From the NCBI RefSeq assembly GCF_009914755.1, contig NC_060934.1: a stretch of DNA of 64,000 nucleotides; one strand, 5' to 3'. The stretch comes from the human T2T-CHM13v2.0 reference genome, Homo sapiens. The translations under genes and the position numbers were made by a program. Shown one piece after another: positions 10,830 to 22,461 of this stretch (position 1 is the first letter of the stretch; each line of letters starts with the position of its first letter). The notes under the pieces are model-generated. The model worked only from the letters and a program-made list of their open reading frames with translations, had not been told where the DNA came from and made no database searches.

Positions 10830-12227
10830 GCATCATTACCACAGTCAAGGTAAGGAACAGATCCAGTCCTTCCTCAAAAGAAGCTTCTTTTTAAATCCCT
10901 CCTGCCTTCCCCAAGGCCTCTCCCTCCATCCCAGGAAACCCCCCTTCTGCTTCCTGTCACTATAAACCAATTTGCATTTGATAAAAGTTTTTACAAATTG
11001 AACCATACAGTATGCACTGTTTTTCGACTGGCTTCTTCTACTCAAACTATTTTAGAGTTTCCTCCATGTTGTCGCATTATCAATAATACATCATTCTTTA
11101 TGTATCTCTGGGTAATATTCCCTTGAATGCACATGCTCATTGTTTTTCTTTCACCTGCTGGTGAACTTGGAGTTGCTTCCATTTGGGGGATATTCCTAAT
11201 AAAACTTCTGTGAAAGTAAGTTCATATACAAGTTTTTATATGGGCACATGCTTTCTTTTCTCTTGAGTAAAATACCTAGCAGTTGAGTGGCCAGATCATA
11301 TAGTAGGTTTATCTTTAACTTTTTAAGAAACTGCCAAAATGTTTTCCAAAGTTATATTAGTTTATATTCCCACTAGCATGTTAATAATGTGTGGGAGTTT
11401 CAGTTCACCCGCATTCCCACCAAGAGCTGGTATGGTCAGTCTTTTGCTTTTAGACACTCCAGTGGGTTTATGGTGGGATATCGTGGTGATTCTAATTTGC
11501 ATTTCTCCATGAGTAATGATGTTGAACATCTTCTGAGTGCCTATTTGCCATCTGCTTATCTTCTTTAGCAAGGCATCCAAATCTCTTACCCATTGTTTTA
11601 CTGGACTGTTTATTTTCTTATTTTTGGGTTTTCAGAGTTTTTTCTAAATCCTGAATACAAGTCCTGTGTCAGAAATATAACTTGCAAATACTTTCTCCCA
11701 GTCTATGGCTTACTGTTTTGTTGTCTTAATGATGTCCTTCAAAAAGTAGATATTCTTACTTTTGGTAAAGCCCAATATATCATTCTTCTTCTTTTATGGA
11801 TCGTATTTTTGATGTCATATGTAAGAAATATTTGCCCAGCCCAAGGACACAAAAATTATCTCTTATATTGTCTCCTTTTTCAGTTTTCTTTTTGGGTCTG
11901 TGTCTCATTTTAAGTTAAATTTTGTGCATGTTAAGTTTTTCTTTGTAGTTGTATCCATTTTTGCTCTATGTATTTTGGAACTCTGTTATTAAGTGCATAT
12001 GCATTTAAAATTGTTATGTCCTCTGGATGAATTAGTCCTTTATCATTATGAAATAAACTCTTTTATGCACAGTAATATTCTTTGCTCTGAAATTTACTCT
12101 GATATTGCTACAATCAGAATTACTCCAACTCTATTTTTATTAGTGTTAGTATATCTGTTTCCACTTTTTACTTTTAACCTATCCATGTCTTTATATTTAA
12201 AGTGTGTTTCTTATAGGCAGCATATAC
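10830..12227 (-). mobile_element. Old L1M (L1MC/MD-like) antisense fragments: 3' end plus an endonuclease-region piece
   Basis: ttttaagaaactgccaaa..gttttccaaag, taatttgcatttctcc..taatgatgttgaacatctt, tttaaagtgtgtttcttataggcagcatata. Confidence 0.8.
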
Positions 12228-12387
12228 CATAGTTTCCCCCATCCACGGTTTTACTTTCTATGATTTTAGTTACCCACATTCTACTGCCATCCAAAAGTAT
12301 TAAATGGAAAATTCCAGAAATAAACAATCCATAAGTTTTAAATTTTATGTCATTCCAAGTAACATGATGAAATCTCATGCTACCCCC
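12228..12387 (+). mobile_element. MER44/Tigger7 DNA transposon 5' fragment
   Basis: tattaaatggaaaattccagaaataaacaatccataagttttaaatt..tgatgaaatctc matches the MER44 consensus. Confidence 0.8.
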
Positions 12388-12429
12388 TTGAATTTAAGAT
12401 TTACCATCTATTTCCTGGAATACCTCTGA

Positions 12430-12660
12430 AGTGGATAAGTGCAACCAGAGAAAAAGAAGATACATAAACACCAGGGAACAAATGGAAGAATCACAGCAGA
12501 TTTCTCACTGGACACAGGGCACGCTAAGACCATGGAGCAAGATTGTTAAAGCACTGAAAAAAAGAAAAACCCGTCAACCCAGAATTCTTTACTAACAAAA
12601 ATACCATTCAAAGACTTTGTCAGGTTTACAAAAGCGGCAAGATCATCACCACTATCAGAG
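12430..12660 (+). mobile_element. Old L1 ORF1 fragment
   Basis: acagcagatttctca..aaagcactgaaaaaaagaaaaacccgtcaacccagaatt. Confidence 0.55.
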
Positions 12661-12661
12661 C

Positions 12662-12942
12662 CATGTACATATACACCATGGAATACTATGCACCTATCAA
12701 AAATAACAAAATTATGTCCTTTGCAGCAACATGAACGGAGCTGGAGGCCATTATCTTAAGCGAACTAATATAAGAACAGAAAACCAATACCACGTGTTCT
12801 TACTTATATGTGGGAGCTAAACATTGAATACATATAGATGTGAAGATGGGAACAGCAGACACTGGGTCTACCAGACAGCAGAGGGAGGGAGCAAGGCATG
12901 GGCTGAAAATCTACCTGCTGTGTGCCGTGCTCACCACCTAGG
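12662..12942 (+). mobile_element. L1PB-like ORF2 end/3'UTR fragment (first part)
   Basis: catatacaccatggaatactatgc..atgtcctttgcagcaacatg..gtgggagctaaacattga..gggctgaaaatctacct..ctcaccacctagg. Confidence 0.85.
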
Positions 12943-13270
12943 TATGTGTCTACATCTATTCTTAATGTATTTTCTTAGGATTTTATAGGCTCTAAATGTG
13001 GAATTTATAAATTAACCTCGTGAGAAGACAGCTCAGCCTTATTTGACTATTCCATTCTATACATTTGTATCATGAGCTGGACTTCCTACTTTTGAAATAA
13101 TTAATGGAAGGCACATTTTTATAATGAATCCATGACAAGTTAGAATTACACAAAGCATGAATCAGTTATGTATTTTTTATTTAAGTATCACAAAATGTTA
13201 ATCATGAATATATCTTGCCTCTATAATTTTTTAATTGCAAAATAATCTATACACACATACACACATATAT

Positions 13271-13389
13271 AATTTAATTTTAATTTAATTTAATTTTTTA
13301 ATTTTGGATTCAGGGGTACATGTGCTGGGTTGTTACATGGCATGTTGTATAATGCTGAGGTTTTGGATAGGGATGGTCCCAACACCCAG
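13271..13389 (-). mobile_element. L1PB-like 3' terminus plus A-tail, inverted relative to 12662-12942
   Basis: Reverse complement reads ctgggtg..aaacctcagcat..catgtaacaacc..cacatgtacccctgaatccaaaattaaaaa. Confidence 0.8.
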
Positions 13390-13575
13390 CTGGAGGCAGA
13401 GAGCTAGTAAGTGATGGACCCAGAATTCCGGAGCTAGAAATTCTAGCTCCAGAATCCACCATTCTGTGCCCCTTTTCTGCCATGATTACCAGTGTCAATG
13501 CTCAGCCTCAGTGTCCTTGTTTGTGAAGTGGTTATAAGATACCAACCTTAGGGCTGTCCTAATGAGCACTGAGTG

Positions 13576-13805
13576 ACAGAATGAGAGCAATGCCTCTGAC
13601 TCACTGACTGGCCACAGAATGAGAGCAATGCCTCTGACTCACTGACTGGCCACAGAATGAGAGCAATGCCTCTGACTCACTGACTGGCCACAGAATGAGA
13701 GCAGGTGCCTCTGACTCACTGACCGGCCACAGAATGAGAGCAGGTGCCTCTGACTCACTGACTGGCCACAGAATGAGAACAGTGCCTCTGACTCACTTAC
13801 TGGCC
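13576..13805 (+). repeat. 38-39-bp minisatellite, 6 copies, each with TGACTCA
   Basis: Unit acagaatgagagcaatgcctctgactcactgactggcc; TGACTCA at 13597, 13635, 13673, 13712, 13751 and 13789. Confidence 0.95.
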
Positions 13806-15439
13806 CGTCATCACTGCTCCGAGGGTGGGAGCTGCTGCTGTTCATGGAATAATTGTCCCAATCCTTTCTGGAGGGCTGGGGCATGGAGACAATGCCAAGG
13901 TTTTAAGCAGCAGGAAAAAGACCTGAACAGAAGTGGTGATTGTGGCTGAAGACAGGAAGCTGGTTTGAGAGGCACTGCAGAGGGAGCTGGAAACGGATTG
14001 GAGAGGAAGATGAAGGAGAGGCAGGAGTTGGTGGCCAACCCAGGACTTCCTACACAACGACTGGATCAACAGGGATATAAGATCCACGGTGGAGAGTACT
14101 GGAAGGGAAATGAGATTAGTCCAATTTGTCTGAGGGAAATGAAAGGTCTGTGTCCAACAGAGTGAATTGATGTTGAGGATATGACCTCGGCGTGGGCAGC
14201 TGGAAACACGGCCCCAGAAGTCGGGGGTCTGCCCGGAGCCAGCACTCCCCTTCCATGAGCTGGGCAAGGGGTGAAATCTCACAGCTTGGAGGCAGTTCTT
14301 CCCGACCAGGGTGGTTCCTGGAGCTTTCCACTCCCCAGTTCCCCCGGGTGCATGTGCCCTCACTCCAGAAGGGCCTCATGCACCAGAGAGGAAATGGTCA
14401 GGACAGTGTCCTGAGTGTCAGCTCCCAAGAGCTCATCTTCAGCAGACGTTTGTGGATGTCTTCCAAGAGTCTGCTATGAGGACGCTCACTGCGGTGTCAT
14501 CTGCAACCTCGAATCAAATCACTGGAAATACCCCAGGTGTCCAACAGCAGCCAATGAACTAACTGATTAACTAATAGACCTGGGGCAGGGGACTCCAAGC
14601 AGTCACTAAACACTAGGTTGTGGGAGAATATTTGATGTCTGTGCAGTGTTTGCAAGGTATTATCGAGAGGAAAGGGTTAAAAAAATACGTACAATGAGAG
14701 CCTTTTCTGATGCATGTACACAAGTCACAGAAAGGCACGCACCAGGTGGACCTGGATCCCCACATCACAGGGGCGCTGTCTCATTAATGTGGCTTAGCTA
14801 ATTTCTAAATTTAATACAATCGATGAGTCCTTCATTAGTGAGGAAAGGAGTGAAAAAAAAGTATTTTTAATTGGTCATTTAGGAAAATGATGGAGGGGTC
14901 ACGGCCACACTCCAGAGAGGTCAGTCAAGGGGGTAGGGTAGGAAGAAGCTGTGGGCTCCGCCGCTGACCACGGCACTGTTGGAGGGAGAAACAGAGCCAA
15001 AGGTCAAGAAGGTCATGCCGTGGAGCAGTGTGCTAGTGAAAATGATGGGAAAATTTGCATTTGTCAGCACCGATGCCCCTGTGGTGAGACTCATGTTCCA
15101 TAATTCCTGACAAGCGTCTGCTGGGAACTCTCTTGGCAGCCTTTTCCTTTTCGAGGCTGGGTTGGTGGTGTCCTGCTTTTCACAGCCAGCTGTCTGCCAC
15201 CAGGGCAGCAGCTGCTGAGCCTGGTACGCACGTCCAGTGGTCACAGAGAAGGAAACGGTGGCACTGCCACCGCGCCACTGTCCTCCCTCCTCTCCCCTGT
15301 GAACAGATTGTTTAGGGCTCCCACCACCTGCTCTCTTGAGGTCTACCCGCCATGATCCCCTCCAGGGCCAGCTTGGGAAAGGCCACATCCTCAGCAGCCA
15401 TCCACAGCCTCTCTCCTGAGCCATCTCCAGAAACCACAC

Positions 15440-15710
15440 GGAAGGAGCTGGAGGTCCTTATGCTCAGGGAAATAAGCCAGGCATGGGAAGAGAATGCCGC
15501 AGGATCGCATGCTTCTGAGGGAGCTGAGACAGTGGACTGCTTGGAGGGATAGCAGATCCAGTGGCGGCCAGAGGCCGGGATAGGAAGGGCAGGGGCTAGG
15601 AAGGAGAAAAAGGAACATGCACGCAGTTGTTACCCCTGAACTGTCACCTAAACATGGTAAAGAGTGTAGATTACATATGCAGATTCTGCCCTAACAAGGA
15701 CAAAAACTAT
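15440..15710 (+). mobile_element. Diverged L1MA/MB 3' fragment
   Basis: gagctggaggtccttatgctcagggaaataagccaggca..tgaactgtcacctaaacatggtaa. Confidence 0.55.
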
Positions 15711-15890
15711 AAATGGGGTGAAAAGGCACTGACCACAGGCCCACCTGGAATCTCTGCCCTTCCTCAAGTCAGACCCAAAGGGACTTTTGGAAATCCCGAG
15801 TCTCACAGGCATGAGCTGCTCTGCAGGGTACAGCATCCCTCAGGCCTCCCCTCCTCTGCAGCTCAGTGCTGTGGAGTGAACCCAACCCAG

Positions 15891-16160
15891 CCACAGGAAA
15901 CTCCCATTCTAGCCTCACTCACCCCACAGGACACCCCTGTCCCAGCCCCACTCACCCCACAGGACACCCCTGTCCCAGCCCCACTCACCCCACAGGACAC
16001 CCCTGTCCCAGCCCCACTCACCCCACAGGACACCCCTGTCCCAGCCCCACTCACCCCACAGGACACCCCTGTCCCAGCCCCGCTTACCTCACAGGACACC
16101 CACATCCCAGCCTCACTCACCCCACAGGACACCCCTGTCCCAGCCCCACTCACCCACCAC
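15891..16160 (+). repeat. 33-bp minisatellite, about 8 copies
   Basis: Unit ccccacaggacacccctgtcccagccccactca (translates as TPQDTPVPAPL). Confidence 0.96.
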
Positions 16161-17629
16161 AGTGCCCCCGTCCCGGTCTCCAGTCAGTGGAGCACCTAAA
16201 GGGTTGCACAGGGTGGTCATCAGTGGGGAAACGCGTCTGAATTGGGTCATTCTGCTTGAATCTGGTGGGTGTGGTGTCCTCCTTGGGTCTGATCACCAGC
16301 ATCAGGCATTTCTTTGGAGTGAGAGGGATGTTCACTGCATTGTTCTTTCTGGACACTGATGGAGACTGTGATATCACCTGAAAGCCGACTGTCAGTTCTG
16401 TGTCACTGCCCTGCAGCTGGTCCCACCTCTCCCCATCTCACCCTATCTACTCAACCATGCTGGAAACCTGTAACATGCTGCCCAGGCACACTGAGACCTT
16501 TCCTCAGGGGTGTTCGCGGAGCTGGTGCCTGGCTTGACTTTTTCTGACTCCATGACCTGGGGATAAGTGAGTGTCCTGTGGACAAGACCAAGTGGAGGGC
16601 ATGTTGCAGGTGCACCAGTAAGCAGACTCCTCTGGAGCAGGTGGTGGCAGGTGAGGACAGAGGCTGGGATGTGGAGGAGAGGGGCCCCTCCTAAGGATTG
16701 AGGGCCTACGGTTTTCTTGGAACCTCATCCCAGCACACGGAGCCTCATGGTTTCAGGGCCTGAGCGGAATGGAAGTCGCCCTCCCAAGGGGATAGCATGG
16801 CTGTGATGGAGTGATCTGAACGTGTTTGCTGTGACCCTCCCAGAATGTGTGATGCTCCCTTCGGTGACATAGGCTTTTGCCAAATTTTGGGAATTTGTCA
16901 CCACCACACTGGATCTGCAAGAAATATTCAAAAAAGTATTAAACATGCAAGCAAAACAAACACCAGCCTATCCACCCCGCTCTGCCAGGCCTGTGTGAGC
17001 AGCAGGAGCTGCCAGCCAAGTGGTTTGGAGAAACCTCCATTCCTCTAACACGGTGGTCATGACCACACAAAGCTGGGGCTCACAGGCAGATCCTGTCCCT
17101 TTGTCCTCAGAATGCCAGATGATCACAATCGAGTTCCACACACCCAGCACCTCCATTGCCGGCCAGGCCAATGGCACAGGGCCAATCCCCAGCTGCTAAA
17201 ATGAAAAGATTTTGGAACTTCTGCTTGGTAAATCCCCTTACAGCAGCAGCACATTGTCAGCCAAGCGTTGGCAGTCGAATCAGCAGTGAGAAATACCTTC
17301 AAACCCACATTTTGTGAGTTCCTCCAGGGCCAACGTAGGGTAGAATTTGTGAAAGGACAGGATGGTGGCCCAAGGTCCAGCAGACCCTGAGCTCTCAGCT
17401 TACGCTTCATGCTGAGAAAATAAAGTCAACCAAAGTTTCAACCGAAGGTCCCTGTGGAACTTGGCCTCAGAGGAAAGCCAGGAAGCATAATTCTACATTT
17501 CTATGCTCTCAGACCATGGAGCCCAACTTTAGCATTGCTGGGTGGAAGCTGGAGGGTGACAGAGGGAGAAAGGAACATGGCTGACTATGGAGGATGACAG
17601 GGGAAAAGGAATGTGGCCTGATCACACAC

Positions 17630-19218
17630 ACAGCACACTGCCACTACAACCTACAACTAACATTTAGAAACCCACTGCACAAAGGCTGTCTATAACCAAG
17701 GAATTCATTCAGAGCCTAAGCCCCCTAAAATCATATAGAACCAAAACCAAAGGGCCCTACCCAGCAGGGGCAACAGTCACACCCTTGGAGGGGGGATCCC
17801 ATTCAAACAAAAGTAAGTTCAACAATAAGAGGTAACAGCTTCCACTGATGAGAAGGAACCTGCACAAGAGGTCGGCATCCAGATTCAAGAAACTCAACGA
17901 ACTCCTGAAAAATACTGTACAAGACCATCCCCAAAGCATTTAGTCCTCAGACCATCCAAGGTCAATGCAAAAGAAAAAATCTTAAAGGCAGCTGGAGAAA
18001 AGGGACAAATTACACATAGAGGAAAATCTACCAGACTAATAGTGGACTTCTCAGCAGAAACCTTACAAGCCAGAAGAGATTAAGGTCCCATTTTTAGCCT
18101 TCTTAAAGAAAAAAAAATCCAGCCAAGAGTTTCATATCCTGGCAAACCAAGCTTCATAAACAAAAGAGAAATGAAGTACTTCCCAGACAAGCAAACACTA
18201 AGGGAATTTGTCACCACCACACTGGATCTACAAGAAATGTTCAAAAAAGTATTAAACATGCAAACAAAACAAAAGAGTAATACTGCTACCATAAAAGCAC
18301 ATATAAGTACAAAGCTCACAGACTCCATAAAGCAATGACCCAATTGAAACTACAAAGCAACTAGCTAACAACACTATGACAGGAATAAAACTTTACATAT
18401 CAATATGAACCTTGAATGTAAATGGCCTAAATGAGTGGCAAACTGGATTTTAAAAAATAAGACCAACTTCCTGGTGCCCTCAAGAGACCCATGTCACATG
18501 TAATGACACCCAGGGGATTGAAGTAAGGGTATGGAGAAAAATCTACCATGTGAATGGAAAACAGAAAGAGCAGGGGTTGCTATTCTTATATCAGATAAAA
18601 CAGACTTTAAAACAATAACAGTAAAAAAAAAAAAAAAAAAGACAAAGAATATAAAAAAGGGATAAAGGGTTCATCCTACATATCTAGTCACCCAACATCA
18701 AAGCGGCCAGTTTTATAAAACAAATACTACTAGAACTAAGAACAGACATAGACAGTATTACAATGATAGTGGAGGACTTCAACACCCCACTGACAGCACT
18801 ACACACATCATCAAGGCAGAAAACTAGCAAAGAAACTCTGGGCTTAAACTAGATGTATGACCAATTGGACCTAATAGACATCTACAGAATACTCTATCCA
18901 ACAACCACAGAATATACATTTTTCCCTTCTTTGCATGGAACATTCTCTACAGTTGACCACATGCTCGGTCATAAAGCAAGTCTAAATGAATTCCAAAAAA
19001 CTGAAATCACATCAAGCTTTTTCTCAGACCACAGTGGAGCAAAATTAGAAATCAATACCAAGAGGAATTCTCAAAACCACACAAGTACAAGGAAACTAAA
19101 CAACTTGCTCCTGAATGACTTTTGGGTACACAATGAAATTAATAAAGAAAGAAAGAACTGTGAAACAAACGAAAATAAAGACACAACATGCAAAAAGCTC
19201 TGGGATACAGCAAAAGCA
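17630..19218 (+). mobile_element. L1 (L1PB/PREC-like) fragment: 5'UTR piece, internally deleted ORF1, ORF2 endonuclease region; disabled
   Basis: aagaaaaaatcttaaaggcagc, cagcagaaaccttacaagccagaagaga (ORF1); atgacagga..ttgaatgtaaatggcctaaat at 18376; the 18853-19221 ORF (DLIDIYR..HGTFS..DHMLGHK..FSDH) is the APE-like endonuclease end. Confidence 0.92.
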
Positions 19219-20849
19219 TAAGCTGTGTCAGGAGTCAAATATGCTGAGGTCACCCCAGGAGGGGAGTTCCCTAGGCTCATTTCTAGAAAGCTTGTCACTT
19301 TCTGTGAGTGTCCTAGCATTTCCTGTTCACCGCAGGTGGAGGGCCCCACTCTCTATGTGTTAAGCCTGAGCAAACACACACACCAGAGTTCCATATTTAC
19401 CTAAAGCCAGACCCGCACCACGTGGCCCCACACCACTGCTCAGGTTGTGCTCAGGTCAAATCAGAACATGCGGAAATGTTGATTTTCAAAGAAAACTATT
19501 AGCAGTTCAAGCATAAAGCTCCCTGCCTGGAGTGCAGTAAAAAGAAGGGCACCAGAAGTCCCCAGGGGCTCCCACAAGACTCACAGGAGCCACTTCCTTG
19601 TGGGAACACAGCCCTGTTCATGTTTGCTGCTGCTGAAATCATCCAAATCTACTTCCGGATATGGCGAATCTGCGTATTTTTATAAATTTCTTCAAAAGGC
19701 CTATATCTGTATACATGGGCCACAAAGGCTTATATCCTTATACAGACTAGAGTGGTAAATTTCTAGAAATGTCCCCAAGGTGGAAAGAAATGTGCCCTCA
19801 AAAATAGTATAAACAAAAGCATGGAATTTGCAAAAATAATGGAAATGTGCAATATTTTATTTTTCTCACTATCATGTATTAATAACAAAAATTATGTGTG
19901 GTGTATGATATTTAAGAAAGCAGCAGCCACAGACCTGCCACGTGGACCAGCACATGCGAGATGTTTGCAGACATGGCCGGAAGTGTGCTGCTGTTTGGCC
20001 ACAAGTCTCAGCTCCTTCCCCCCCACACTCACAGTCTCACTGGACAAGGGGAGCAAGACACCTGTTTCTAGACTATACCAGAGCTGTGCTACCAATGCCA
20101 AGACCCTGCTGCTTCTCCCCCTGTAGGACCAGTGGCCAGGAACACAGCCTCTCATCTTAAGATCAAAAGTCACTGAGAAGAAACCAACAAGCAAAGAAAG
20201 AAGAGTTGCCACCAACCCTCAGTGGAAGAAACTCACCTTAACCCTTGCATTTTATAGATTCAGTCAATGTTTTCTGATTGAACCATTTTGGAATTGGAAA
20301 GGGCTAATATCATAGGTGAATTTCACATAAAAATCTGTCAACCTGATAATTTTTGAGAACCGTATTCAGGGAATAGAGGTTGGGTGGCAATATGTGAATA
20401 GCCTTTGATTTAATTCAATGAACATTTATCAGATACTTCCATGTGCTATGTTATGGGGAAGTAAAATAGGCAAGGCCACTACCCTATCTAGAGAGTATTC
20501 TAGAAAGTGCCTCCCTGATGGAGGTTTAAGTTTTAATGTTATGATTTCAGAGATATTTGCATAGCTAAAGGAGAGTTCATGATTTCTCCCCAAAGAATGT
20601 GTTTTTTTTTAAAAAAAAAAAGTGTACACAAATTACGTGTTTATAAGAAAGCATAAAAGAACAAATAAAAATATTGCATAATTGTACCACCCCTTTAGAA
20701 ATAGAAACACTCTTTTTCTATTGTTTGTCATTCTATAATTATATGCAGGCACAAATATGAAAGAATCATTTCGATCCACACAGAGCAGCTTTTCTTACAA
20801 ATGCAGGACCACACGTGTAGACTGTTCTGTGATTTCCTGGATTGGCCAA

Positions 20850-21300
20850 ACGCTGCTACAATAATGCTGCACAGTGAACAGTCTCAAAACATCACTGGCT
20901 TCCAACGATGGTTTCATTCTAGTGTGCATGGCTCTGCAGGCCCATGTGCTTCAGCCTGACCCAGGTTGGGTCCTGCTGGGCAGCTCTACTCACAGCCGGG
21001 TTTGCATTTGTTCTGTGGGTTTCTGGGGCTCAGATTAGCTGGGCATTCTCATCTCCTGGCAGGCCACCAGCACAAGAGCCAGACCATGCCACACCAGCAC
21101 ACTGAAGGCCTCTTCTTGAGTCACACTTGCTTACACTCCATCAGACAAAGCAAGAAGCATGACCAAGCCCAATACCCATGGGTGGGGACGTGAGCTCACT
21201 GACTCCAGCACCCTGCAAGGCCACATGAAAGAGGGAGTGAAATGACCACCCACTCTACATGCCCACAGGTGAGGACATGTAGAGCGAGGGTGAGGAGAAG
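20850..21300 (-). mobile_element. Old MaLR LTR (MLT1H/I/J-like)
   Basis: tgctacaataatgctgc..caaagcaag..catgaccaagcccaa. Confidence 0.55.
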
Positions 21301-21516
21301 AATCTAAAAGTGACCTGAACTGAGCCTGAATACTTTGCTCCAACCCCACAGTCAGTATTGACTTTCTATGTCCCAACCTCAAACTAAATACCTTTCAGCG
21401 TCCAAGTCTGCTTATAAAAAACTGGGAGGGGCTGGTGACACCTGTGCCCCGTCTCCACTCAGGCGTTTTTAGGATGAATGAAGTTTGTTTAGGAACTGTA
21501 TCTTGTTCTTAAGTGA

Positions 21517-21889
<373 letters not shown>

Positions 21890-22003
21890 TGTTTTTAAAC
21901 ATTTTAAGTTGAGCATAGCCATACAGCCCAACATCTCCCGTGAGTGGAGTTTTGTGTGTACACTGAAGGTCTGCACATCACCCCTGGTGTTTAGATGCAG
22001 GCT

Positions 22004-22461
22004 TAAGGCTGGAGATCAGCAGGACTCATTTTCAGGACCCTGCTGATCAAAACGGGATGTAGCAAAGAAACCAGCCAACACCAGCTGGGACCAGGAATTA
22101 TAATACATTTGCCTAAGACACTCCCCCCAGCGCCATGACAGTTTGCCAATGCCCTGGAACCTACCTCACGTGGTTCTGGGAACTCCCCACCCCTTTTCTA
22201 GAAAGTTCATGAATAACCCACCCCTTATTTAGCACAGAATTAGGACTAGGTATAACCGTAGCTAGCCGGGAATCCACGCATGCCACCCTGCCTGTGGGTA
22301 ACCCTGACGTGTCTGTGCAGCAGCCGTTTTCTTGTTCTCTTTTGTTCTAATAAACTTGCTTTGCTTTCACTTTACTCCGTTGACTTGCTCTTGAGTTCTT
22401 TCCTGCAGGAAGCCAAGAATCCTCCCGGGCTCAGCCCCAGTTCGGGGGTGTGCCTGTATCA
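22004..22461 (+). mobile_element. ERV1 MER4-group solo LTR (LTR29/MER41-related)
   Basis: accctgctgatcaaaac..cagcgccatgacagttt..catgaataacccacccctt..aataaacttgcttt..tgtatca; 4-bp TSD GGCT at 22000-22003 and 22462-22465. Confidence 0.8.

Noticed and set aside
15627-16240. Mucin-like PTS repeat ORF (TPQDTPVPAPL)
   Set aside because: 33-bp VNTR open in several frames; the ORF starts within an L1 remnant; no signal peptide or splice support
18853-19221. Endonuclease-like ORF
   Set aside because: Fragment of a degraded L1 ORF2 with upstream frameshifts and stops
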